A DNA stretch of 20,000 bases. It comes from an uncultured virus (IMG/VR IMGVR_UViG_3300027708_000061) (lineage: Duplodnaviria > Heunggongvirae > Uroviricota > Caudoviricetes). The stretch lies in IMG/VR virus record IMGVR_UViG_3300027708_000061. One strand, given 5' to 3'. The notes beneath the pieces were generated by a model, which was not told the origin of the DNA, did not search any database, and was given only the letters and a program-made list of their open reading frames with translations. This document shows positions 1 to 7,440 of this stretch, piece after piece; the stretch's first letter is position 1, and the number at the start of each line of letters is the position of its first letter. The position numbers and the translations under genes are program-made.

Positions 1-435
1 AACGGCACGGAACATGTCGTTTTCATCATCAGTAAAGAAAGGATGTGAACCAGTGCTTTTAGTGGCGAGGCTCTTGATTCTGCCTTCGGAAACATCGTTA
101 AACATGGCACGAGCAGATGGGTATGGGTCTTCTGCGGTAATAGTATGAAATAGACCTAACCCACCTTTAGCAACTGGTTTAGTCATAAAATCGTATTGAC
201 GACCAATTTCATCACGCATGGCTCTGTAATGTGGCAGTGCCGCTGGGTCAAAGTCAGGTGCTGCTAGATAGTCTCTAGCGATACCCTGTGCTTGTGGCAA
301 ATCCACTGCTATGTTATTGAAAGACGCTGGGCGTGGAGCAAGACCCATTTGTTGAGTGTAGTCAGCGGCTCCTCTGGCTATTGCTGGAACAGCAGCCTGA
401 ATTCCTACGTTAAACTCTGCGGCACCTCTAGGCAT
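1..435 (-). CDS. Conserved phage hypothetical protein, truncated at the window edge; possible metal-binding (zincin-like) domain
   Basis: Not in the ORF track. ATG at 435 overlaps the upstream TAA (TAATG). The frame is open to base 1: MPRGAAEFNVGIQAAVPAIARG...DPYPSARAMFNDV...HPFFTDDENDMFRAV. NDMFRAV resembles the start of a phage FRAVHDxxGH motif, which would lie just outside the window. Confidence 0.75.
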   Translation of the reverse strand, partial: MPRGAAEFNVGIQAAVPAIARGAADYTQQMGLAPRPASFNNIAVDLPQAQGIARDYLAAPDFDPAALPHYRAMRDEIGRQYDFMTKPVAKGGLGLFHTITAEDPYPSARAMFNDVSEGRIKSLATKSTGSHPFFTDDENDMFRAV

Positions 436-716
436 TAGTAACCGCCTTCTTGCTTTACAGGTTCTTCATTTTGACTCAAGAAAGTACCGCTAGTTGCAGT
501 CTGGTAAGACAAAACTCCTGGGTGTTCGTCGCTGTGGGTCTGCTTGTTAAAATCACTCACGGCAATGTTAAACGCACCAGATTTCTGGTTTACTTTACCT
601 TTTGACTGAATTTGTCCTGATTCTACGGGGGACTCAATACCTACGATTTTAAACTGAGGTTGAGACATTACTCGGTGCTTTTGTAGCACTCCTTGAGCAC
701 GTGGACTAAGTGCCAT
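435..716 (-). CDS. Hypothetical protein (93 aa)
   Basis: Tiles with neighbours (overlap at 706-716, TAATG at 433-437); GGAG upstream; Q/S/G-rich. Confidence 0.7.
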   Translation of the reverse strand: MALSPRAQGVLQKHRVMSQPQFKIVGIESPVESGQIQSKGKVNQKSGAFNIAVSDFNKQTHSDEHPGVLSYQTATSGTFLSQNEEPVKQEGGY

Positions 717-942
717 AAACTGCTCCGTAGTCTACGTCGCTTCTGCCTCCAGTAGCGGCGTCATACGAACGTGGTGGAGTATTAGGACCACGCTCAATAA
801 CCCCCCGAGCATGCGACTTTAATCCTACGGAGTTTGCATTGGCTCCAGGGGTAGAGGAAGCGGCATTAGCGTTCCAATGGACACCTGGGTCCGATGGAAG
901 GCTAAATGCTTGCTGACTCTGCAAAATTGATGCGGACATCAA
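706..942 (-). CDS. Hypothetical low-complexity protein (78 aa)
   Basis: Starts 7 nt after the upstream stop, with AGGA SD; A/G/S/P-rich. Confidence 0.65.
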   Translation of the reverse strand: MMSASILQSQQAFSLPSDPGVHWNANAASSTPGANANSVGLKSHARGVIERGPNTPPRSYDAATGGRSDVDYGAVYGT

Positions 943-949
943 TTAATCC

Positions 950-1396
950 TTACTGGTTTGCGTATTCCATACCAGACTGGAAGTTTGGGTTCTGGCGACC
1001 TGGAACAGATGGAACAATCTTGGCACTCTGCATGGTTGGACCAGCAGCAGGGTCAATTGTTGGGGTAAACGGAACAGTAATACGGTACTGAGCACCGTGA
1101 CGCTCGTCGTAAGGTACGTTCTGCTTGTTCTGCTTGGTTCCCATACCAGTTGGGTCTCCCGCCTGCAGGTTCTTCTTAGGAATTAGGGCTCCTTGAAGTG
1201 CTGGGGCTGGGGTAGCCTGATAGATTGCATCGCCTACTGGAATACGGCTTGAACCGACTTCCTGTGCCGCTGCATAGGCTTCGTGATGGGTTGGGTGATT
1301 GCGTTCACGCATGTTGGCTCCTGCCGATTCGTGGTGATTTGAAGGCAGACCTGCACGTTTACGCATGCCATGCCCCATTGATGTCCATTTAGCCAT
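950..1396 (-). CDS. Hypothetical, probably disordered protein (148 aa)
   Basis: AAAGGAG SD 6 nt before the ATG; rich in G/P/A/Q/H. Confidence 0.75.
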   Translation of the reverse strand: MAKWTSMGHGMRKRAGLPSNHHESAGANMRERNHPTHHEAYAAAQEVGSSRIPVGDAIYQATPAPALQGALIPKKNLQAGDPTGMGTKQNKQNVPYDERHGAQYRITVPFTPTIDPAAGPTMQSAKIVPSVPGRQNPNFQSGMEYANQ

Positions 1397-1433
1397 GGAT
1401 AACTCCTTTGCTTACTACTAGAGTAAGGCTTTT

Positions 1434-1736
1434 TTAACTTGCTGAAATGGCAAACACGATTGCACTTATCTCGCCATCACGGCTATCGATAGTAGTGAAA
1501 CCTGGTTTGCATGTAAGGTCTAAACCTCTTGGGGCAACATAACCACGAGCAATGGCAATAGCCTTTACTGCTTGGTTAACTGCTCCAGCACCAACTGCAC
1601 GGAGTTTTACTTGACGGCTTTCATAAATAGCGTGTGCTATTGCCGAGGCTACGGATTGTGGATTTGAACTATTGCTTACACGGAGGTAATCTTCTACCGT
1701 TGAGGGTAGGGTTTCAGGGGTGAGTTCTTCGCTCAT
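1434..1736 (-). CDS. spoVS: SpoVS family (Alba-like fold) nucleic-acid-binding protein
   Basis: Near-canonical SpoVS sequence: LRVSNSSNPQSVASAIA...LRAVGAGAVNQAVKAIAIARGYVAP.GLDL.CKPGF...ISAIVF; AAGGA SD. Confidence 0.93.
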   Translation of the reverse strand: MSEELTPETLPSTVEDYLRVSNSSNPQSVASAIAHAIYESRQVKLRAVGAGAVNQAVKAIAIARGYVAPRGLDLTCKPGFTTIDSRDGEISAIVFAISAS

Positions 1737-1792
1737 TTGTGGTCCTTAGAATACGGGTTATACGCCTACCTCCATCTAAGGATAAAGGAAAT

Positions 1793-2380
1793 CTAGTTGA
1801 TTTGGTCCCTATACTTAGGGTCTTTTATTTGTTCGGCTACTGCGTTTTCGATGACCCCTTCAGAAATTTTTCCAGCAAGCCTTGCCAGAGCGTAGGAATC
1901 TGCGGCGTTATCGTCGTTGAACTCGACACCCCACCGCTTGTAGATTTGGAGCAGCATCTCCTGCTTTTTGGCGTTTCCCTTGCCTGCAGCGTACTTTTTG
2001 AGGGTCATTGGGGGTATTTGTAGGGGTGTCTGGAGGTGAGGTTGCTTCGTGTACTCGTCAAAGTAGTCCCAAAGAGTCAGTTTTACAGTGGCTGATAGTT
2101 CTCCAAGAACTAGGGCTGACTGGCTGGCTAGGACTGTCCCCTCCATAGCCACGTCCACAATGTAATAGTCTCTAAAGGACTCTATTTTCTCCATAAGCCA
2201 GCGAGAGATGTCCTTTAGTCTTTGGACTCCATTGTATGGAGACTTGTAGACATAGGTAACAAACTGGTCTGGGGCATCTGTATCAAGAAAGGTGACTGCA
2301 AACCCTGTTAAGGATTGGTCAATGCCTATGGAGATTGAGGTTGGGTTATCGATGCCTGACCCAAACCGTTTCTCGGTCAT
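1793..2380 (-). CDS. ruvC: RuvC-like Holliday junction resolvase
   Basis: IGIDQSLTG, AMEG, PPMTLKKYAAGKGNAKK and DNAADSYAL match the RuvC motifs. Confidence 0.9.
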   Translation of the reverse strand: MTEKRFGSGIDNPTSISIGIDQSLTGFAVTFLDTDAPDQFVTYVYKSPYNGVQRLKDISRWLMEKIESFRDYYIVDVAMEGTVLASQSALVLGELSATVKLTLWDYFDEYTKQPHLQTPLQIPPMTLKKYAAGKGNAKKQEMLLQIYKRWGVEFNDDNAADSYALARLAGKISEGVIENAVAEQIKDPKYRDQIN

Positions 2381-2481
2381 TTCTTTTCTTGTTTTTCAGC
2401 CCAAGTAATTAAGGCTAGTGCAGCCTTAACAACAACGTAGCCAATGGCAAAGCCACCTAGTATCCAAAGTACTTGCTCCAT
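2377..2481 (-). CDS. Small single-TM protein (34 aa)
   Basis: Not in the ORF track. MEQVLWILGGFAIGYVVVKAALALITWAEKQEKK; AAGGA SD; fills the gap, with an ATGA overlap to ruvC. Confidence 0.75.
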   Translation of the reverse strand: MEQVLWILGGFAIGYVVVKAALALITWAEKQEKK

Positions 2482-2483
2482 AG

Positions 2484-2708
2484 TTATTTTCCTTCACACA
2501 TTTGTATTGCCAACGCTTCTGTGGCGTACTTGTCCCAGCAGGTTGCTGGCTTTTTATCGTGGCACTCGTATTGAGAATGTGTGCCACTTAAATCTTGGTA
2601 CTCAATAGTTCCGCAGTCGTGTTGCGAATTAAAAATTATGATTACACAGGCTATAAAGAACAATGCTAATGAAATAAAAAGCATTTTGGCATCTTTACTC
2701 ATCTTCAT
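2484..2708 (-). CDS. Small membrane-anchored protein with Cys-containing C-terminus
   Basis: N-terminal hydrophobic helix MLFISLALFFIACVIIIF, then four Cys. The start could be the ATG at 2702. Confidence 0.7.
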   Translation of the reverse strand: MKMSKDAKMLFISLALFFIACVIIIFNSQHDCGTIEYQDLSGTHSQYECHDKKPATCWDKYATEALAIQMCEGK

Positions 2709-2814
2709 CTTCTACCCATGCAAAGTACTTGTAGGACTCACAAGTATTACAGTAGTTGTAGTCATCTTGGACTGCGTCTTGACCGCATCCTGTACAAATA
2801 AACTTTTCAGCCAT
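2695..2814 (-). CDS. Small zinc-ribbon protein (39 aa)
   Basis: Not in the ORF track. MAEKFICTGCGQDAVQDDYNYCNTCESYKYFAWVEDEDE; CxxC...CxxC; AAAGGAG SD; overlaps both neighbours. Confidence 0.8.
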   Translation of the reverse strand: MAEKFICTGCGQDAVQDDYNYCNTCESYKYFAWVEDEDE

Positions 2815-3016
2815 TGATTTCTCCTTTGATAAGAGCGATAAGTTTGCCAAGTTCGATTTCAACATAGCCTGTAACTTCCGCTTGTGTTTCTAGCAGTTTA
2901 ATGATACGTTCACGCTCGGCAATAACGCCTGTGTCAAAAGCGATGTCGGCAATTGATGCTGGTTTGTTGGCATTCATTGGATTGTATTTAAGGTACAGGT
3001 CTTTCCACCTAGCCAC
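2807..3016 (-). CDS. Phage hypothetical protein
   Basis: GTG at 3016 preferred (short overlap with the upstream stop); the track start is 3031. Contains a GVIAERERIIKLLE helix typical of small phage proteins. Confidence 0.7.
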   Translation of the reverse strand: MARWKDLYLKYNPMNANKPASIADIAFDTGVIAERERIIKLLETQAEVTGYVEIELGKLIALIKGEING

Positions 3017-3434
3017 GCTTGTCCCACTCATCGTCCAGCACTAGCATGGCGATGATGGCGTAGTTTGCTAGGTCAAGGAAAGAATCCTTGAGGCTCTCGT
3101 ACTCTGGCTTTTGTTTTGAGTCAATCAAATGATTGATACGAGCCATCTTGTCGTGCATACGAACACGCAGACCGTTTAACGGTCCACCTGGGCTTAGGCT
3201 AATGTTGGTTGGTCCGTAGTCTTTGTGCTTGCTAAGAAGTACGTGCTTTGCATGTTGAAACTTCTGCTGGACTGCGTCGTTGAACTCCTTGTTGGGGTCG
3301 GCGTCACGAAATAAGTCTTGCAAATGCTTAGGCATCTTTTCGAAGTCACCATTAGGTAGTCCTTCACGTGCAATCTCCGCTGGGTCTAACCCCTGAGAGA
3401 CTAGTTCTGTATAAATTTCTTTCATTTTACCCAT
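3009..3434 (-). CDS. DUF1599 / nucleotide-modification-associated domain protein (all-alpha NTP-pyrophosphatase-like)
   Basis: LLSKHKDYG...GLRVRMHDKMARINHL...ESLKDSFLDLANYAII signature. Confidence 0.8.
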   Translation of the reverse strand: MGKMKEIYTELVSQGLDPAEIAREGLPNGDFEKMPKHLQDLFRDADPNKEFNDAVQQKFQHAKHVLLSKHKDYGPTNISLSPGGPLNGLRVRMHDKMARINHLIDSKQKPEYESLKDSFLDLANYAIIAMLVLDDEWDKRG

Positions 3435-3880
3435 TAGATGTTTCTCCTGTTTTCGTTTGAGCGTCTAGTTATTTCACGGCTGACCAACGCTAAGTCACGC
3501 TCGTGGTTGTTCAATAGCATTTCTACTAACTTACGATAAGCATACTTCTCTTCGTACTCGTTAGACAAGTCCACTACATCTTGATGGACAGCAATCTCTG
3601 CTTTGACTGTAGTTACTCGTTCACCTTTGGTGTGTGCACCCATCCGTTTAACTAGCAGGGTGTTCTCTAAGAACTCTAGTTTCTTTTGTGAGGCACGTTC
3701 TTCTAACTGTGCGACTGCAAGTTGTGAGGCAATGTAGTCTGTCCAAGCGGTGAGTCTAGTAAACAAATTGCCAAGTTCTTCCGAACTGACATCTGTGATG
3801 TCTGAGGGCAGAGTTACTTGTTCGGTATCTGGTTTATTAAAGTGTAAGTTCCACTCACCAAATCTTTCTAATGCAGACAT
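3434..3880 (-). CDS. Helical protein, possibly a UvsY-like recombination mediator
   Basis: 148 aa, helical/coiled-coil character, ends ...LVSREITRR; lies in the RecA/nuclease module; TAATG coupling at both ends. Confidence 0.5.
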   Translation of the reverse strand: MSALERFGEWNLHFNKPDTEQVTLPSDITDVSSEELGNLFTRLTAWTDYIASQLAVAQLEERASQKKLEFLENTLLVKRMGAHTKGERVTTVKAEIAVHQDVVDLSNEYEEKYAYRKLVEMLLNNHERDLALVSREITRRSNENRRNI

Positions 3881-4746
3881 TAATCCTCCGTGTATGGGTC
3901 ACATTGCTTACAAGTGCCAGCCCAGTTGTTTGAACATACTGGAGCCTTCTTGTTCTTGACAGCCTCCACAACCATTGCGGCTCCATCAAAGACGTGCTGT
4001 ACCAACTCGTAGTCACGCTTTACTGTGAACTCTTTGTAGTCTTGGTCAGCCTTAAGTTCGTATAGGAAAACAATCTCGTTGATTGGCTCTCCATTAGCCC
4101 CCACATAACCCATGCGGCTCATGAGTTCTAGGTATACCTGACCCTGCAGGATGTGGCTGGCAAATGGACGACGAACATTCTTCCATGCTTTCATGAAGTC
4201 TCCACCAGCATCCATAAACAACCCTGGCTGTTCGTTACGGATAGTTCCTGGACCGATTGATTTTATTTCAATAAGCGTGTCTCCACGGTCATCCTTAACC
4301 CAACCATCTGTATGCCCAGCAATACGGAGTTCGTCATCCTTAAGAGTTACTTCACGGTATTCAAAAGTGTTCTTGCCGCACTGTGGGCAATCCATAACGC
4401 CTAGGTCAAAGATGCTGAAGTCACATGAGGTACAGGTAAAACGACCATACAACACGCCCATCTCTTGGAACCATGTTTGCCACTTGTGGTGGATAGCGTG
4501 ACCTTCGTCAAAGATAGACTGCAAACGTAGGTTAGGCTTTTCGGCAATCTTAGTGTGTCCATTCAACAGGAAGTACGATGCACGCTTGCACCAATCCTTC
4601 TTGATAATTTCTGATGGGTGCAACACAGTGGTGCTACGGTCTCCTACTGGACGCTTTTGTAGGTGACGCTCGATGTCGCCAATCAAACGTGATGGCTTTG
4701 CTTTGGCATCAAGAAACTTCTTTAGGTCGGTCTTTGGTGTTGGCAT
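3880..4746 (-). CDS. Cas4-like / RecB-family PD-(D/E)XK exonuclease with inserted zinc ribbon
   Basis: HPSE...C.R, G.AIH, GHTDG, IEIKS, Q...Y, and a C-terminal C-x6-C-x2-C (Fe-S-type); CxxC...CxxC insert. Confidence 0.85.
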   Translation of the reverse strand: MPTPKTDLKKFLDAKAKPSRLIGDIERHLQKRPVGDRSTTVLHPSEIIKKDWCKRASYFLLNGHTKIAEKPNLRLQSIFDEGHAIHHKWQTWFQEMGVLYGRFTCTSCDFSIFDLGVMDCPQCGKNTFEYREVTLKDDELRIAGHTDGWVKDDRGDTLIEIKSIGPGTIRNEQPGLFMDAGGDFMKAWKNVRRPFASHILQGQVYLELMSRMGYVGANGEPINEIVFLYELKADQDYKEFTVKRDYELVQHVFDGAAMVVEAVKNKKAPVCSNNWAGTCKQCDPYTED

Positions 4747-5063
4747 TAGTATTCCTTTTTATCTAATTGGTCTATGTATTCTTCTAAGGTCATTTGGTTC
4801 TTGTACTTGCGTTGCCATTTACGGACTAGGGCGTTGCGTTCTCGGTGAGATAGCCCTCCCCAGATTCCGTGTTGCTCATCTGAGTCTATAGCAAACCACA
4901 GACATTCTTTGCGAACTGGACATGGATTGTTTCCGTTGGGTCCTAAGCAAAATGCTTTAGCCTCTGCGGCTACAAGTTTGTACTGTTCTTTATCTCGTGG
5001 AGGAAAAAAGATTTCAGGGTCTGCTGTCTTACATCTTGCTTGATGTATCCAGTTTTCATTCAT
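4746..5063 (-). CDS. whiB: WhiB family Fe-S transcription factor
   Basis: W...ARC...DPEIFFP...AK.FC...CPVRKECL..A...E.HGIWGGLS.RER. Confidence 0.93.
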   Translation of the reverse strand: MNENWIHQARCKTADPEIFFPPRDKEQYKLVAAEAKAFCLGPNGNNPCPVRKECLWFAIDSDEQHGIWGGLSHRERNALVRKWQRKYKNQMTLEEYIDQLDKKEY

Positions 5064-5370
5064 TTACTTTGTTCCATAACTCCAGGAAGTCAGTCTCCAT
5101 AAGGATGACGTAGTCTTCTCCATCAAGATGGATGCCAAACACTGGCAACCTACCATCCATTATGGCTTCAGTAACTATCTTTTTCAACTCTGCTGACTGA
5201 ATAGTCTTTGACTTTTTGCCTGTCCACTTATGTTCAATCAGCAAGTCTGCGTTACGGACGTCACCTTTACGAGACCAGAACGCCCCAGAAGCAGCCGTGG
5301 TTTGCCCTCCAATGGCTTTAGCGAGACGTTTCTCGTGCTTCTGGGACTGCTTCTGACCTTCACTCTTCAA
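5056..5370 (-). CDS. Small PD-(D/E)XK nuclease, Hjc-type Holliday junction resolvase-like
   Basis: HEKRLAK...SGAFW.RKGDV...LIEHK; TTG start. Confidence 0.75.
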   Translation of the reverse strand: MKSEGQKQSQKHEKRLAKAIGGQTTAASGAFWSRKGDVRNADLLIEHKWTGKKSKTIQSAELKKIVTEAIMDGRLPVFGIHLDGEDYVILMETDFLELWNKVNE

Positions 5371-5602
5371 CGGCTACTTGACCCTTCTGGGAAGCATCGA
5401 TGATACGAGGGATAAGGAAAAATAGTTGTTCACGTGTATAACAAGTAGAACAACCACAGAACGGTTCTCCTGACAAGGTTACAAAGTCATCAGGCTCTTC
5501 ACCATCAACCATGGACTCACAGTTCCACATGTACTCTTCATACTCGGTTTCAAGTTTCTTAGCCCAAGCATCATCGTTTATTACTACTCGCTTATTACTC
5601 AT
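5360..5602 (-). CDS. Acidic hypothetical protein with CxCxxC motif
   Basis: FCGCSTC; GGAGG SD; overlaps the recA stop region. Confidence 0.75.
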   Translation of the reverse strand: MSNKRVVINDDAWAKKLETEYEEYMWNCESMVDGEEPDDFVTLSGEPFCGCSTCYTREQLFFLIPRIIDASQKGQVAVEE

Positions 5603-6641
5603 CAGTTCCTCCTACAAAACTGTCTGGTGTTGATAAGACCTTTTCCCTCAACTCTTCAAAGAAGTCTACTTCTTCACGCAGGCTATTGACAAGAGCCTCT
5701 TGACCCTGCCACTTGCGTTCTCCATAGTAAACCCAACCGCCTCTGCGGTCAACAATGCCTTTAACAATTACCATTGCAGCAACTTCTTTAGCGGTGTCGT
5801 AGTCTCCAGCCTTGTAGATGCTGTGGTCTGAAAAATAAAAGTCCACATACGCTGTACGACTTGGAGGAGCAGTCTTGTTCTTCAAAGTTCTAATCTTGAT
5901 ACGTTGACCTACACGAGTCTTGTTGACTCCAGTTCCCGATTCAATGTATTCATCACGGCGAACTTCTGAACGTGTGAAGTATGCGTAATCCTTGCCTTGA
6001 CCTCCTGGAGTTGTACGAGGGTCTCCGTGCATCACACCAATTTTCATACGGTATTGGTTGATGATGATGCCTAGAACAGGGCGTTCGTCTTCAGTTAGAC
6101 TACGCTTCATAGCGGCTCCAGCCTTACGGAAGAACTTGTTAGTGATTAGGGCTCCACGACCAACAGTCATTTCATCCATCGTTTTTTCGCTTTCAGGACT
6201 GGGGACAAGAGCAGGTAAACTGTCGATAACAATAGCATCAACAGACTTAGACTCAGCAAAAGCAATGACCGCATCATACGCTTCTTCCATGATGTTGGTT
6301 TCAATGACGATGACACGGCTGGTATCTACTCCACACATCTCTGCGTACTCTGGGACCCACTGCTCTGCAGCAACCCAGACTGTGGTGAAGTTTGGGTCAT
6401 GGGCTTGATTGGCTGCAATAGTTTTGAGGGCAATTGCGGTTTTACCATGCGAAGGTTCACCAACAAGTTCATTCCACTGGTTACTTGGGAACCCTCCCCC
6501 AAGGATGTAGTCAAACGTAGTACTTCCTGTAGTGATTCGTTTGATAAGTTCTCCACGGATGTCTCCTCCAATCACTACGGTATCTGTACCAAAGCGTTTG
6601 TTTAGTTGTGCCATTACTTTTAAAGCGTCTGCGTTAATCAT
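5595..6641 (-). CDS. recA: RecA/UvsX-like recombinase
   Basis: ITTGS..FD..LGGG.P, Walker A GEPSHGKT, Walker B IVIDSLPAL, IINQYRMKIGVMHGDP.TTPGG, KNKTAPP. Confidence 0.95.
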   Translation of the reverse strand: MINADALKVMAQLNKRFGTDTVVIGGDIRGELIKRITTGSTTFDYILGGGFPSNQWNELVGEPSHGKTAIALKTIAANQAHDPNFTTVWVAAEQWVPEYAEMCGVDTSRVIVIETNIMEEAYDAVIAFAESKSVDAIVIDSLPALVPSPESEKTMDEMTVGRGALITNKFFRKAGAAMKRSLTEDERPVLGIIINQYRMKIGVMHGDPRTTPGGQGKDYAYFTRSEVRRDEYIESGTGVNKTRVGQRIKIRTLKNKTAPPSRTAYVDFYFSDHSIYKAGDYDTAKEVAAMVIVKGIVDRRGGWVYYGERKWQGQEALVNSLREEVDFFEELREKVLSTPDSFVGGTDE

Positions 6642-7030
6642 TAGATTCTTCCGATAATTTGTTGTGGGTTGTACCCGCCTGAAGTGCTATTACCTTGTGC
6701 TGGTTTCGCCGAGCCTTCAACATGTGCACCAGCGAGACCACCGAAACGTGACCCCGACTGTTCGGTGGGGTACCCACAGTCAAAGCAGCGTGCTTTCGCA
6801 TTTTCAATAGCCATAAAGTTGATTGACCCGCAGTCAGGACACGTAGCAGTCTGCTTAGAAGACTGGGCTTTGTTGTTCTGCCCTGGTAATGGGGGTAGCC
6901 CTTGGTCTGGAAACCTGGGCATCGCACTCATAGGCAGTTGACTAGGTGGCATCTGTGGTGTTGGGTCAGGTCTAGTTGTTTGTTGTTGTGGGTTGTTTAA
7001 TTTTTTAGCCCACCAATCAGCATTGTTCAT
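6641..7030 (-). CDS. Pro/Gln-rich protein with zinc ribbon
   Basis: CPDCGS...RCFDCGY; GAGG SD; ATGA and TAATG overlaps. Confidence 0.8.
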   Translation of the reverse strand: MNNADWWAKKLNNPQQQTTRPDPTPQMPPSQLPMSAMPRFPDQGLPPLPGQNNKAQSSKQTATCPDCGSINFMAIENAKARCFDCGYPTEQSGSRFGGLAGAHVEGSAKPAQGNSTSGGYNPQQIIGRI

Positions 7031-7440
7031 CTTCTACCTCTTTGTTTTGGAATTTCTAATAAACCCATGTCAATTAATTGTGAAATGGAACCGAGCATTG
7101 CTGACATGGCTACTTGCTCGACCATGCGACGACTGAACATCCAAACTTCTTCAGGTATTCCTTGTAAATCTGCTACATTCTTTTTCTGAAACTCTATGGA
7201 ACCTTCAGCCAAGGAATGTGCATAGGTGTAAGCCAAAGGAACTAAATGAGCAATGCGGTCTACACGGATGTCGCTTTCCTCTTCTTCTCTTTCGGCTACT
7301 TCATCGCTGATAACAGACAGCCCAAGCAGTTCTGCTAGTTCGTGTGGGTTTTGTATTTGGGAATCAAGTATAAAGCCACGGAGTCTGGACGCCATGTCTA
7401 TCATGGATAGGTTAGTCTTTTTCTTTTTGAAAAGACTCAC
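7027..7440 (-). CDS. Phage hypothetical protein
   Basis: GTG at 7440 overlaps the polymerase TGA (GTGA); the track start is 7455. Confidence 0.75.
   Translation of the reverse strand: MSLFKKKKTNLSMIDMASRLRGFILDSQIQNPHELAELLGLSVISDEVAEREEEESDIRVDRIAHLVPLAYTYAHSLAEGSIEFQKKNVADLQGIPEEVWMFSRRMVEQVAMSAMLGSISQLIDMGLLEIPKQRGRR

Noticed and set aside
3880..4746. CRISPR-Cas system suggested by the Cas4-like gene
   Set aside because: No repeat-spacer array or other cas genes were seen; solo Cas4-like nucleases are common in phages.
6326..6927. Alternative-frame minus ORFs 6326-6571 and 6634-6927
   Set aside because: They lie within or almost wholly overlap recA and the zinc-ribbon gene, which have clear motifs and coupling.
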